From Felis catus (Eukaryota): 64,000 bases of DNA. A program made the position numbers and the translations under genes. Of the stretch, positions 26,701 through 39,782 are shown one piece after another. How positions within the stretch are numbered: position 1 is the first letter of the stretch; the number at the start of each line of letters is the position of its first letter. The stretch is from NCBI RefSeq assembly GCF_018350175.1, contig NC_058368.1, positions 6,386,001 to 6,450,000 on the forward strand. Reading direction: 5' to 3'. The notes beneath the pieces were generated by a model. It did no database searches. It worked only from the letters and a program-made list of their open reading frames with translations, and was not told the DNA's origin.

Positions 26701-26899
26701 AAAAAGTAGGATGCTTTTTTTTTTTTTTTTTTTTTTTTTAGTGTTGCTCTTCATATCCTTTAGAGGAAAGGGTACTAGAAGACCCGATCTCCAGTTTGGT
26801 CTCAGTGTGACTGTGGGCATATCGTTTCATTAATTTACAATCAGAAAATTGAATTTGATTTCCATACTTTCACCTCACAGGTGACTTTTCATGAGTATG

Positions 26900-28400
26900 T
26901 CTGTGTTTTTTGACTACAATGAAACTAAGCTAGAAATCAGTATCAGATTATCTGTGAAATCTCCCAAGTATTTTGAAATTAAATACCACATTCTAAAAAT
27001 CCCATGGGTCAAAGAGGAAGTCGCAAAGGAAATTAGAAAATATTTTGAACTGAAGCACCTGGGTGACTCAGTCGGTTAAGCGTCCGACTTCAGCTCAGGT
27101 CATGATCTCATCTCATGGTTGGTGAGTCTGAGCCCTGCATTGGGCCCTGCGCTGACAGTACAGAGCCCGCTTTGGATCTTCTGTCCCCCCTACTCTCTGC
27201 TCCTTCTTCACTGGTTCTCTCTCTGTATCTCAAAATAAAAATAAAAATAAACTTAAAGAAAATATTTTGAATTGAATGAAAATGAAAATACAACACATCT
27301 AAATTTATGGGATGCACCTAAAACAGTACTTCTAGGGGAAATTCACAGTGCTAAAGGCTTCTGTTAGGAAACAAAAGTTTTAAAACAAAAATCTAAACCT
27401 TCACCTTAAGAAAGTAGAAGGCAAAGAGCAAATTAAACGTAGACCAAGCAGAGAAGATACGAAAGATAAGAGCAGAATTCATTGAAACTGAAACAGAAAA
27501 CAGAAAAACTGTAATCAGTGAAACCAAAAGCTGTTTTTTTTTTTTTTTTTTTAATGAGATCAATAAAATTGATAAACTTGTAGTTTTTCTCTCAGGAAAA
27601 AAGAGAGAGAAGGCAGAAATTTCTGATATCAGAAGAGAGAGACCATCAATGTAGATTCTACAAAAGGAAGTTAAAGAGAATATTATGAACCACGTAATAT
27701 ATTTGATTACTTAGATAAATGGACATACTTCCTCAAAGATGCAAGGTACTTAACCTTACTCAAGAAGCAGCAGATAATCTGTATAGCTCTTTATTCAAGA
27801 AACGGAATTTGTAGTTAAAAACCCTCCCTCAGAAAGAAAGCTGTAAGCCCAAATGGTCTACTGGTGAATTCTACCAACCTTTAAGAAAGAAATAATACCA
27901 ATTATATACAAAATCTTTAGAAAATAGGAGGAATGGAACACTGATTTATTTTATGAGGCCGTTATTACTCGGATATAAAAAACAAAGACATTTCTCAACA
28001 GAATATTAGCAAATTGAATAAAGTTTATATAAAAAGGATGATACATCATGCCAAAGTACCATTTATTCCAGAAATGCAGGATTGGTTCTTCATTTGAAAA
28101 TCCGTCATATGATTAATTCACAGTATCAAGAAATTAACCAGAACTTTTAAAACCTGTATAACCATCTTAATAGATACAGAAAGAGCATTTGATATTATTT
28201 ATCATTTATTCACAATAAAAACTCAGAACAGTAGGAATAGAAGGGAGCTTTTTCAAGTTGATAAAGGTGTCTGTGAAAGACCTACAGCTAAGAGTTATAA
28301 TTATTGATGAAAGACTTCATGTTTTTGCCTGATTTTAGTTCACTCACCGTTCTTACTCAGAATTTCCTAGTCAGGCAGTAAAGCAAAATCAAAAACAAAA
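26900..28400 (+). mobile_element. L1 ORF2 remnant (interrupted by a SINE)
   Basis: PWVKEEVAKEIRKYFEL-type ORF, gatcaataaaattgataaac, tggtgaattctaccaa, gaaagagcatttga. Confidence 0.88.
27054..27260 (+). mobile_element. CAN-SINE in L1
   Basis: TSD gaaaatattttgaa. Confidence 0.9.
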
Positions 28401-28565
28401 ACATATATATATATCCATATACATATACACATATATATACACACACATATGTGTATACATAATATATCGTGTATTATATATAATATATGTAATACATACA
28501 TATATATGAAAAATAGATAAAATACATATTTATAAATATATATATGAAAAAAATATATATGAAAA
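28400..28565. repeat. (TA/CA)-rich low-complexity tract
   Basis: Degenerate atat/acac run at the L1 end. Confidence 0.9.
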
Positions 28566-29345
28566 ATTAAGGTCCTATGGCAAGGGACCTGAGAAATGAG
28601 CTTCTAGCCTTCTAGCCTCTGATGCAGGGAAGGGGACAGGGGAGGTGGGAATAAATGTTAATACCAGTAGACCGTGTTTATTACATTTTGGTTTCTGTGA
28701 TCATGATGTAAAAATCATAAGAACAAGGCCACATTTATATGACTTGTGGTTTTAAGTTACTGTTTTCTCTGGAGTTAAAAGTCAGCATAATCTGTTGAGA
28801 GAGCTGTGGTTCAGCATTTTCTTCTTTCTGTTAATCTAGCCAGAAAGCTTTGTGTAGTACTTGAAAGTTAATGCCTTGGTTTCACCTTCATTACATAACT
28901 TACTCTTTGGTTTAAAGAAAAAGACTGAAACAGTGCTAAGATGTTCTCTTAAATTCTAAGAGGGCCTATAGAATTACTTGTTGATCTGTTACAACTATCA
29001 TATATCTTTGGATGAGTTAAAATTATTTTGTATGCTTGTTGTATATATCTTAGAATTTGTTGACATGTTTTGCATAATAACGTAAGCCACATATTACGCC
29101 TGTTGATTTCTGTTAAGTAATTTCCATACACATACTTTTATGATGGGTGGCAGTTAAGAATTGAGGGAACCCTGAGTCCTTGTCCCCTTTGCCTGGGACC
29201 GTTGTATGGCAAGACATTGTGTCTGTGGATGGTGTTACTGGAATCATTTCTAAGTCTCTTGCAATCAAATACTTTCTCAGCCTTAGTGGAATGCTTATAA
29301 ATGTAAACAAATATTTAATAACTGTGTGCATTTCCATTTTAATTA

Positions 29346-29680
29346 CAGTTGACCCTTGAACGGTGCAACAGTTAGGGGCGCCGACTTCTGCACAAATTCA
29401 CATACAACTTTTGATCCCCCCCTCCCCCCAAAAACTTAACTACTGGTAGTCTTGACTGGAAGCCTTCCCAATGATATAAATAGGTGATTAACATATATTT
29501 GGTACATTATATGTATGATATACCGTATTCTTACAAAAAAGTAAGTTAGAGAAAAAAATGTTATTAAGAAAATCATAAGGAAGAAAAAATACATTTACAG
29601 TAGTGCACTATATTAATGGAAAAAAATCCACTTATAGGTGGACTATGCGGTTCAAACCCATGCTGTCCAAGGGTCAGCTG
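29346..29680. mobile_element. Tigger2-type MITE (TcMar DNA transposon, Tigger2a_Car-like)
   Basis: TIRs cagttgacccttgaac / gtccaagggtcagctg flanked by TA on both sides. Confidence 0.9.
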
Positions 29681-31370
29681 TACGTTATCGGCCATATCAG
29701 TTGGCATGGCAGAATGGCATAGTAGAGGGAGTGTAAGTTTAGGAGTTAACAGAAAAATTTGGGGTTCAGATGCTAAAAACATACAGGCTCTAAGCTTTTG
29801 AGCAAAATCCAGTCCAGTCCTTGATCCCCATTTCCCTCCTCTGTAGAAGGAGGATAATCTTGACGAGCTGCTTGAAAATATTAAAAATAATACCCAGAGC
29901 TTCTAGCAGACAGTGGGCGCTCAAACGGTGATGCTCATAGAGGATCTTACTTGCAGACATGTTATAAGACTTTGGTATCTGACAGAGCTGGTTTTGAATT
30001 GGATTGGAAGAATTAATATTAAAAAAATGCCTATACTACACAAAGCATTGCACAGATGCAGTGCAATCCCTATCAAAATTCCAATGGTATTTTTCACAGA
30101 AATAGATCCTAATTTTAAAATTTTCATGGAACCGTGAAAGATCCTGGATAAGCCAAAGCAGTCTTGAGAAAGAGGAGCAGAGCTGGAGGCATCACGCTCC
30201 CTGATTTCAAGCTCTATTGGAAAGTGATTGTATTCGAAACATTCTGGCACTGGTATAAAAGCAGACACACAGATCAATGGAAAAGAAGAGAGAGCCTGAA
30301 AATAAATCCAGACATATGTGGTCAATTTATGACAGAGGAGCCAAGAATATTCAATGGGACAGTCTCTTCAATTAATGGTGCTGGGAAAACTGAACAGCTA
30401 TATGCAAAACAATGAAACTGGACCGCTGCCTCTACAGCATACACCAAACTTAACTCAAAGTGGATTAAAGACTTAAATGTAAGACCCAAATCCATAGAAG
30501 TTCTAACGAGAAAGTATAGGTGGTCTCGGCGATGAGTTTTTGGATCTGAACTTCAAAAGCAAGGGCAACAAAAGCAAAAATAAACAAGTGGGACTACATC
30601 ACACTAGAAAGCTTCTGCACAGCAAAGGAGATCATCAAGAAAACGAAAAGGCACATCACTGAATGGGAGAAAATATTTGCGACTCCTGTCTCCGATAAGG
30701 GGTTCATATTCAGGATTTATATAAAAAAGTCATACAACTCAGTAGTAAGAAAAATCTGGCAAAAAAAGGACAGAAGATCTGAACAGATAGTTTTTCAAAG
30801 AAGACATCTGGATGGGCAAGCAGGTACGTGAAAAGATGCGCAATATCACTGATCATCATCACGCGTATCAAAACCGTAATGAGCTAGCCCCTCACACCTA
30901 TGACAATGGCTGTTATCAGAAAGACAGGATGAGGTGAGGATACAGAAAAGAAGGAACTCTTGTGCACTGCTGGTGGGAATGTAAATTGGGGCAACCACTA
31001 TGAAAAGCAGTATGGAGGTTCCTCAAAAAGTTACCAGTAGAACTCCCATATGATTCAGCAGTTCCGCTTCTGAATATTTATCCGACGAAAACGAAAACAC
31101 TAATTTGAAAAGATATCTGTACCCCCATGTCATTGCATTTTCAATAGTTCAAGATATGCAGACAGCTTATGTGTCCATCAGTGGATGAATGGATAAAGAA
31201 GATGTGGTATATGGAAACCAGAATGGAATATTCAGCCATAAACAATAATAAAACATTACCATTTCTAAGTACATGAATGGACCTTGAGGACATTATGCTA
31301 AGTGAGATAAATCAGAGAAAGACAGATACTGCATGATTTCACTTATATGTGGAATTAAAAAACAAAAACA

Positions 31371-31590
31371 GGGGCGCCTGGGTGGCATGTTGGTTGAGCA
31401 TCGACTTTGGCTCGGGTCATGATCTCCCAGTTCACGAGTTCGAGCCCCGTGTTGGGCTCTGTGCCGACGGCTCAGGGCCTGGAGCCTGCTTCATTCAGAT
31501 TCTGTGTCTCCCTCTCTCTCCCCTGTTCATGCTGCTCTGTCCTTCTCTTTCTCTCTCAAAAATAAATAAATATTAAAAAATTAAAAAACA
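31371..31590 (+). mobile_element. CAN-SINE in L1 3' UTR
   Basis: ggggcgcctgggtggc head; TSD aattaaaaaacaaaa. Confidence 0.9.
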
Positions 31591-31924
31591 AAACCACCCA
31601 GGGTTATAGATGCAGAGAGCAGATTGGTAGTTGCCAGAGGTGAAAGGTCAAGGGTGGGGAAAAATGGGTAAAGGGTTCACAAGGTGCAGACTTCCAAATA
31701 TAAAATAAATAAGTCCTGGGAATGTAATGTACAGCATGGTGACTATAGTTAGAATATTGTATTGCATATTTGAAAGTGGTCAAAACAGAGTAGATCTTAA
31801 AAGTCCCCATTACAAGAAAAAAAATGTTGTAATTATATATGGCGATGGATGTTACCTTATTGTGATGATTATTTTACAGTATATATAAGTTTCAAATCAC
31901 TGTGTTGTACACCTGAAACTAATA

Positions 31925-32259
31925 CAGTTGACCCTTGAACACAGGGGTTAGGGGTGCCGACCCCCCAACACAGTAAAAAAATCTGCATATATAACTTTTG
32001 ACTGTCCAGAAACTTTACTAATAGCCTGTTGTTGATTGGAAGCCTTACTGATAACATGAACAGTTGATTAACACATACTTTGTATGTTGTATGTATTAGG
32101 TAACTGTATTCTTATAATAAAGTAAGCAAGAGAAAAGTCAGTGTTACTAGGAAAATCATAAGGAGAGAAAATATGTTTACAACACTATACCATATTTATA
32201 AACAAACAAAACCGTGTATAACTGCACAGTTCAAACCTGTGTCGTCCAAAGGTCAACTA
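31925..32259. mobile_element. Tigger2-type MITE inserted in an L1 3' end
   Basis: TIRs cagttgacccttgaac / gtccaaaggtcaacta and TA TSD; splits the L1 tail motif cctgaaactaa-ta-taatgtta. Confidence 0.9.
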
Positions 32260-33277
32260 TATAATGTTATAGCTCAATTAAAAAAAAGAAAAAAGACTGG
32301 CATCTGACAGAATCTTTTTTTCTTTACTTTACTTTTTTTTTTTTTTGGTTTTGAATTTAAGTTCTTCTGCTTGCTTTTCAAGCCTTGATCTCTTTTTCTT
32401 TTAGTTGGGCGCAGTACCAGCCTGTAAAGTGGTAGTGGGACATAAATGACATAATGCATACAAATACTTGTATATGCAAATGTCCCCATTTGTCATCTTT
32501 AACTGGTTCACTACCATTAGCCTTTTGACTTGGTTTCTTTGGTTGGTTTTTTATAAAGTTACCCAAAAACCCTGCCTGCTCCTTTTGATGGCGCTCGTGA
32601 TTTACTTGCTGGAATATGTTCCAAAGAATGAAGTTGATAGGATGCCAAATTTGATGGTTGGAGAACCAGGTACCTAGGTTGCAAATTTCAGAAATTCTAC
32701 TATCTCGTATTTCTCTTAATGCTTTCATGGCCCAAACAATTGGGAATAGTTAACTAAAAGAGCCATTTAATTGTTCTTAATTTTCTTTCATGAGCACAGT
32801 TTCCCGTTGCCAAAAATACTGCCATCAGGATGCTTTTGTTTCTAAAAACACAGGAACTCATGTTTAGTAGCATGTATGCTAAGGAACAGTTGGTAGATTC
32901 TACAGCTTTATTGCTATTTTAATTTTATCTCATTTTATTGTGTTCATTCATGTGAAATTGCCAACATTTTGGCTGTTTAGACCAACAAGAGTGGTAATTT
33001 CATACGGTTCAACTTGCTGTTTCGGGGTAAGGTGACAATGTGTGCAATTGGCAAGTTCCCTAATTTTGTAGCTTATAATTTGTTGTTTCCTCTAAAAACA
33101 TAAGTTTTAATTCGTTTGGATTCTGTAAATTTGTTTGGTGAAGGTCATTCTCACATGCAGAAGAGGAAGGTAGAGAAAAGTGATAACTTGTTTCTTAACA
33201 ACAACAAAAAAAGGAGATGCTAATTTTTGAAGAGACTTTAAATTTATGGTGAACTGGATCATTAGAAGCAAAAACTA

Positions 33278-33716
33278 GGGGTGCCTGGGTGGTTCGGTCA
33301 GTTAAGCGTCCGACTCTTGAATTTGGCTCAGGTCATGATCTCAGGGTCATGAGATCGAACCCCGAGTTGGGCGTTGTGCTGGGTGGGCAAGGCTCTTGCT
33401 TCTCTCTCCCTCTCTCTCTGCCCCTCCCCAACTAGCATGCACGCACACATGTGTTCTCTCTCAAAAAAAAAAAACAAAAAACTAAACCTTGAGGTCACAG
33501 GTGATACCAGGTAAATTCTGAGTACCTCAAAATTTTTCTTGAATTTTTTAAAAAAATATTTATTTTGGGGAGAGCGCAAGTGGAGGAGGGGCAGAGAGAG
33601 GGGGACAGAGGATCCAAAGCAGGCTCTGTGCCGACAGGCTTGATGGGAGTGAGCCAGATGTGGGGCTCGAACTCAACTAACCGTGAGATCATGACCTGAG
33701 CCACCCAGGCGCCCCC
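33278..33716. mobile_element. Two CAN-SINEs, tail-to-tail (33278-33485 +, 33545-33716 -)
   Basis: Heads ggggtgcctgggtggttcgg and (reverse) gagccacccaggcgcccc; second has TSD ttcttga. Confidence 0.9.
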
Positions 33717-33950
33717 TTCTTGAGTTTTAAAAAATTCTTTGACATCAGCACCGTTCAGAAAGTCATGTCTTTGGCAAGTGATAAAATGCTGTTGATGGTT
33801 TTAGCTTCTGAGTGTTTATTGACGTATTTTATGTTATTAAAACAAGGCTAATTTTGCTTAACTTTTTTAACATTGTGTTTATAAAACGTGTGTAGGTTGC
33901 CTGTTGATTATACCTTGAATAAGGAGCTGGCGATTTTGGTTTGTTTAAAA

Positions 33951-34137
33951 AAGCCAAAGCATAAGAGACTCTTAAAAACTGAGAACAAACCGAGGGTTGA
34001 TGGGGGGTGGGAGGGAGGGGAGGGTGGGTGAGGGGTAATGAAGAGGGCGCCTGTTGAGATGAGCACTGGGTGTTGTATGGAAACCAATTTGACAATAAAC
34101 TTCATATATTGAAAAAAAAGATAAAAATAGAAAATAA
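33951..34137 (+). mobile_element. Young felid L1 (L1_Fc-like) extreme 3' end
   Basis: gccaaagcataagagactcttaaaaactgagaacaaa...gagcactgggtgttgtatggaaaccaatttgacaataaa followed by an A-rich tail. Confidence 0.85.
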
Positions 34138-34385
34138 GGGGCGCCTGGGTGGCGCAGTCGGTTAAGCGTCTGACTTCAGCCAGGTCACGATCTCGCGGTC
34201 CGTGAGTTCGAGCCCCGCGTCGGGCTCTGGGCTGATGGCTCAGAGCCTGGAGCCTGTTTCCGATTCTGTGTCTCCCTCTCTCTCTGCCCCTCCCCCGTTC
34301 ATGCTCTGTCTCTCTCTGTCCCAAAAATAAACGTTGAAAAAAAAAATTAAAAAAAAAAAATAGAAAATAAAAAAAACTAAAAAAA
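34138..34385 (+). mobile_element. Young SINEC_Fc inserted in the L1 A tail
   Basis: TSD aaaaatagaaaataa; near-consensus body. Confidence 0.95.
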
Positions 34386-34594
34386 AAGAAAAGAACATTA
34401 ACGTAACAGATACTTCATGTGGGTTATAGTTATATACTTCATGCTAAATAGCATATGAGCACGTCATGTTCACCACAGTGTGGTACTGATAAATGGCTTC
34501 TTCCTCTTGCTGTCCAATTAAAGTGAAAAGGAGGTGGTTAAAGGTAGTTAGTTGGTCAAGTGAGCATTTATTTGCTGAAGAGGAACAATATCTA

Positions 34595-34788
34595 GGGGCG
34601 CCTGGGTGGCTCAGCTGGTTAAGCGTCCGACACTTGATCTCAGGGCTCAGGGAATGATCTCATGGTTTGTGAGGTCGCCTCACCCCGGGCTCTGTGCTGA
34701 GCGCGGAGCCTGCTTGGGATTCTCTGTCTCCTTCTCTGTCTGCCCCTCACCCCCTCGGAAAATAAATTAATAAACTTAAAAAAAAAAT
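34595..34788 (+). mobile_element. CAN-SINE
   Basis: ggggcgcctgggtggctcagctggttaagcgtccgac head, A tail. Confidence 0.9.
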
Positions 34789-35830
34789 AGGCATGGTATC
34801 CAGTGTTTGCATTCCGCTTTATGGTTTTCACGGCGTCTTCAGCTGGGCCTTCTCATCGAGCCCTTTCAGGCCACCGGGCAGATGTTCTGGCTGCTGTGTG
34901 TTAACTAAGGACTTGGGTGTAGTGGGGTTTCAGTGACTCCCACAGGCCTCTCCGCTCCTGAGGAACTGGGGCTTCTGCTCGTGTGGCTTGTTGGGCCGTG
35001 CTGGAGAGAGAGGCCCCTGGAGGAGAGCCAGCCGTGCTCGGACTGTGGCACACTCCCTGATGAGGTTGGTGAGGCAGATTCCCTTCAGGTGAAGGAATTC
35101 TGTAGGAGGAGAACTTTCCTTAGGGAACTGAGCTCATTTCTGTTAATTATGCCACTAACCGGCCCTTTGTAAATACTCTTGGAGCGGTGGCCTACCTGCT
35201 AAATTTATCGCTTATGTCTGTTTCTTCTGCCGTGATGTTTAGTCCTGTGTCTGTGGCCAACAATAGAGTTGTCTCTACAAGGCCGTCGTGGTAGAACCTA
35301 AGTGGTGAAGAAATATTCAGTGATCTCCCAATTAGTTTTCCGCCCTTATCTCTTGTTCGTCTCCACTGATTCATTTTGTAGACGGTTGTATCGAGGCGTA
35401 ATTGACATACGGTAAACTATGCACATTTAAAATGTACAGTCTGATAAGTTCTGACATGTGCACACACCCATGAAACCACCACCCCCAGCAAGAAAGTGAA
35501 ACTACCATTACCCACACAACTCTCCTCGTGCCCCTGGTCATCCTTCCCTGGTGTCCGTCCCCAGCCTCCAGGCCACCACCGATCTGCTTTCTGTCACTGT
35601 AGATTAGCTTGTGTTTCCTAGAACGTTATTGTGAAGGAAGAACACTCCTCCGTGTGTCTCCTGTATTATAAATTCCTCACCACAGCACCACCTCACTTCT
35701 GACAATAGACGTGTGGGTCTTCCACACATCAGGCAATTTGACCACAGCAGCTGGGTGTCCTGCAGTTTAACTCATTTATTTCCCTGGAGACCGCATCGGA
35801 TCCCGCAGATTAAAGGTTCTGTCCCACAAT

Positions 35831-36069
35831 GGGGCGCCTGGGTGGCGCAGTCGGTTAAGCGTCCGACTTCAGCCAGGTCGTGATCTCGCGGTCCGTGAGT
35901 TCGAGCCCCGCGTCGGGCTCTGGGCTGATGGCTCGGAGCCTGGAGCCTGTTTCCGATTCTGTGTCTCCCTCTCTCTCTGCCCCTCCCCCGTTCATGCTCT
36001 GTCTCTCTCTGTCCCAAAAATAAATAAACGTTGAAAAAAAAATTAAAAAAATAAATAAATAAATAAATA
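35831..36069 (+). mobile_element. Young SINEC_Fc in MER21
   Basis: Perfect TSD aaaggttctgtcccacaa. Confidence 0.95.
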
Positions 36070-36668
36070 AAGGTTCTGTCCCACAAGACTTCCCCCCCGC
36101 TTCCCCCATCTGCCCAATTTCAGTCTCAAGCCCAGAATGTTCCCTGTGCTTCCAACCGACTGGCTGTAAATTGGGGGTTCCCATGCCCCCACTTCTTGGG
36201 TTTTATTAATTAGCTTGAGTGGCTTATAGAACTCAGGACAGCAGTTCACTTAGTAGATGACTAGTTTATTATGAGAGATGTTAAAGGATGTGGTTGAACA
36301 GCCACAGGCCTGGCAGAACCCAGGAGCTTCTGTCCTCATGGAGTTTGGGCTGTGCCACTCGCCAGTATATGAATGCATCCTGGCTCACCGACCTGGAAGG
36401 TCGCTGGATCGTGTCCTTTTGGGTCTTTATGGAGGTTGATTACCTAGGGACAGTTGGTTAAATCACTGGCTCCTGGTGACTGAACTCAAGCCTCTCCTTT
36501 TTCCCCAAAGCTAGGGTGGCTGGGACTGAAAGTTCTAACCCTCTAATCACATGGTTGGTTTCCCTGGCAACCGGCTCCCACCCTTCTGACAGTAGGAGTG
36601 TCTTTCCCAAAGTCACCTGGCAAGGTTGAGAGGGATTTGTTATGAATATCAAAATTATAGCTCTTCTA

Positions 36669-36893
36669 GGGGCGCCTGGGTGGCGCAGTCGGTTAAGCGT
36701 CTGACTTCAGCCAGGTCACGATCTCGCGGTCCAGGAGTTCGAGCCCCGCGTCGGGCTCTGGGCTGATGGCTCGGAGCCTGGAGCCTGTTTCCAATTCTGT
36801 GTCTCCCTCTCTCTCTGCCCCTCCCCCGTTCATGCTCTGTCTCTCTCTGTCCCAAAAATAAATAAACGTTGAAAAAAAAAATTAAAAAAAAAA
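36669..36893 (+). mobile_element. Young SINEC_Fc in MER21
   Basis: TSD aaaattat(a/t)gctcttct. Confidence 0.95.
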
Positions 36894-37000
36894 ATTATTG
36901 CTCTTCTCACTTAGGAAATTCCAAGGATTTTGGGAGCTCTGTACCAGAAATGAGGATGAAAACCAAATATAGATCTCTTACTATAAATCACAGTATCATA

Positions 37001-38340
37001 GGCCCCTGGGTGGCTCAGTCATTTAAGCATCCAACTCTTCTTTTTGGCTTGGGTTATGATCCCAGGGTCATGGTATTGAGCCCCATGTGGGGCTCTGTGC
37101 TGACAGCATGGAGCCTGCTTGGGAGTTTCTCCTCTCTCTCTCTGCCCCTCCCCACCTCAAAATAAATAAACTTAAAAAAAATATTTTTTATTTTATTTAT
37201 TAAAAAATTTTTTTAAAGTTTATTCATTTTTGAGAGAGAGAAATAGGGTGTGGGTGGGGGAGGGGTAGAGAGAGAGGGAGGAAACATGGAATCCAAAGCA
37301 GGCTCCAGGCTCTGAGCCGTCAGCACAGAGCCCAACGTGGGGCTCAAACTCATGAACCGTGACATCATGACCAGAGCCGAAGTCGGAGGCTTAACTGCCT
37401 GAGCCACCCAGGTGCCCCTAAAAAAATGTTTTTTAAAAAAGATTCTCCCTCTGTCCTTCTCCCCCACTTGTGTACTCTCTCTCTAAAATAATAATAATAA
37501 TAATAATAATAATCACAATATCACAATTATGTAAATGGAATCGTACAGTATACACTCTTTTTTTCCGTCTTTTTTATTTTTTAAGTTTATCTTTGAGGGG
37601 GAGAGAGAGAGAGACAGAGAGTGGGGGTGGGGAGGGACAGAGAAAGAGGGAGAAAGAGCGCAGAGCCTGATGCGGGGCTCAGACTCAAGAACCGTGAGAT
37701 CATGACCTGAGCCGAAATCAAGTAGGACACTTACCCGACTGAGCCGCCTGGGGGCCCCTGGTCTGGTTTTTATTCAGCACAATTATCTTGAGATTCATCC
37801 ATGTTGTTACATGAATCAGTACCTCATCCCGTGTTACTGCTGATTAGTAGAGTTTATTTAATCTATTCGCTTGTTGTGGATTTAGGGTGATTTCTATTTT
37901 TGGATCATTTTGGCTACTACAAATAAAGCTGTATGAACATCCGTGTACAAATCTGCATCTGGGCGTTATGCTTTTATTTCTTTTGCATAAATACCTAGGA
38001 GTGTGTGTTTAACTTTCTAAGAACGTGGCAAACTGTTTTCAACAGTGATGGTGTTATTTTACGTTTTCTTCAGGGCTTGAGCGTTCCAGTCGCTCTGTAT
38101 TCCTACCAACACTTGGTGTGGTTCGTCTTTTTGGGTTTTTTTTTAAGTTTATTTATTTATTTTGAGAGAGAGCATGCGAGCGAGCACGAGCATGAGTGGG
38201 GGAGAGACAGAGGGAGAGAGAGAATCCCAAGGAGGCTCTGCCCTGCCAGTGCACGAGCCCCAAGTTGACCTCCATCTTACGAGCCGTGAGACCATGACCA
38301 AGAGTAGGATTCTTAATTGACTGAACCACCCAAGGGTCCC
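37001..38340. mobile_element. Cluster of CAN-SINEs (37001-37180 +, 37200-37419 -, 37570-37758 -, 38130-38340 -)
   Basis: Repeated tRNA-derived heads and CT/GA linkers. Confidence 0.85.
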
Positions 38341-38534
38341 TGATTGCATATATTTTAAATCTATATCTTTTTTTTTTTTTTTTTTTTTTTGTCATTTCTG
38401 GGGATTTGAAGCCTAAGGAGAAGCCTAGACTAGCTTAAGGAGAAGGTCTCACGTAGATTTGTTTTTCTTTCTTCAGTCGTCCCATTCAAATTATAATAGC
38501 TTTTGAAATGATTTCCTTTAAAGAGCTAATAACA

Positions 38535-38535
<1 letters not shown>

Positions 38536-38572
<37 letters not shown>
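38536..38572. repeat. (CA)n microsatellite
   Basis: Direct reading. Confidence 0.98.
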
Positions 38573-38575
<3 letters not shown>

Positions 38576-39782
38576 AGTTCTTACAAGTTTCTCATTTTGA
38601 TTGAGAGATTTAGTTAGTATTGTTAGGGCCTAAGAAACAACAGTAAGTTACCTGTAATCCCAAATCGAGGAATAGGAGATGGTCACTTTCTCTTGTCCCA
38701 AAGGTCCTGTTAAACTGGGAAGTTTTCCTTACCGTACCCACACACAACAGCATTTCCCTGCTTGTCCTTAGAGACTGGGTATATACTCATAGTCTCCTGC
38801 ACATACCTTTCTGGCAGATGTCAAATGGGAGTTGAGTTACCAAGGTGTCATGCTGAATCATGCCCAGTAGAGGTGTAGGTAGAGTGCTTCCCTGGCCTGG
38901 GAAGTAGGATGGAACACAAATATCTGGGTTTCTGGAATAGTTAACCAAAAGCCAGTCCCATTGTAAAAGCTCACGTATTTCGAAAATACAAAACAGAATA
39001 AGATGAGGACATCTGATGCTTTATGCATCAGCAACAAGGCAGCATCAGGAGTTGAGGGACCAGACAAAACCCCCTGTTTAGAAAAGATACTACAATATCT
39101 TCCACAAACAGAGCCTTGGAAAGACCAGCTTCTTCCTTTCACGGTTGGAGTTGACCACTCGCAACAGGTGCGTGGTTCAGTGTTGGGAAGGTCGCAGGAA
39201 GGAGAGGGACGATGTTGAAGCATCATCTGAGAAGTCAAGGCTTACTTGCATACCAAGGCAGAGAATTTTTGCGGCCTTGCTGCCTTTAGACACTGATAAA
39301 ACACAGACATGAAATAGCCTTGGCTTGTTGGTATGTTTACAGATGGGGCTTATAGGAGGAAGGCTTGCAAATGGGAATGCGGTGGGCAGAGCACCAGCAA
39401 AGTCAGAGATTGAGCTAATTTCTCCTCTTCCTTGGCAAATGTCCACAATGTGGGAGAGTTGGGGTCTCTTGGTCTTGCTCTCTGACTGTAAAATGAAGAA
39501 GTTAGTCTAGATCTCCCAGGTTCCATTCATCCAGCAAAAGTTTATTTTAATAAAGAGCCGGTTTTGTTGGGCTGGTCAAAACAGGGAAGGAAAATGGTGT
39601 CTGGCGAAAGCATCTTCGAGGTTCCTAGAGTAGTAACATGCGTGGGGATAAATCTGTATGCACAACAAAGAAATAGAAGACAGGCGTAGGCTCCAATATA
39701 AAATATAATCTCTAGTCCCAGATATACTGAGTATCTGGTTGTATGGACGCCAGGGCCATTATGGACTTGGAAACAGAAGACA

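Larger units (their letters stand above)
30000..32292 (+). mobile_element. L1 ORF2 3' part and 3' UTR (with nested SINE and Tigger2 MITE)
   Basis: [27 protein letters not shown] and [13 protein letters not shown] motifs; typical 3' UTR and A tail. Confidence 0.93.
35630..37525. mobile_element. MER21-like LTR interrupted by several SINEs, itself inserted into an L1 3' fragment
   Basis: TG start, cagctgggtgtcctgcag...gtcccacaagact...aattgggggttccc motifs, end aatcacaatatcaCA; 5-bp TSD gttat/attat. Confidence 0.75.
35380..38125 (-). mobile_element. Old L1 3' UTR fragment hosting MER21 and SINEs
   Basis: taattgacatac...acatttaaaatgtaca; gatctgctttctgtcact; ttgagattcatccatgttgt; aaataaagctg. Confidence 0.75.
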
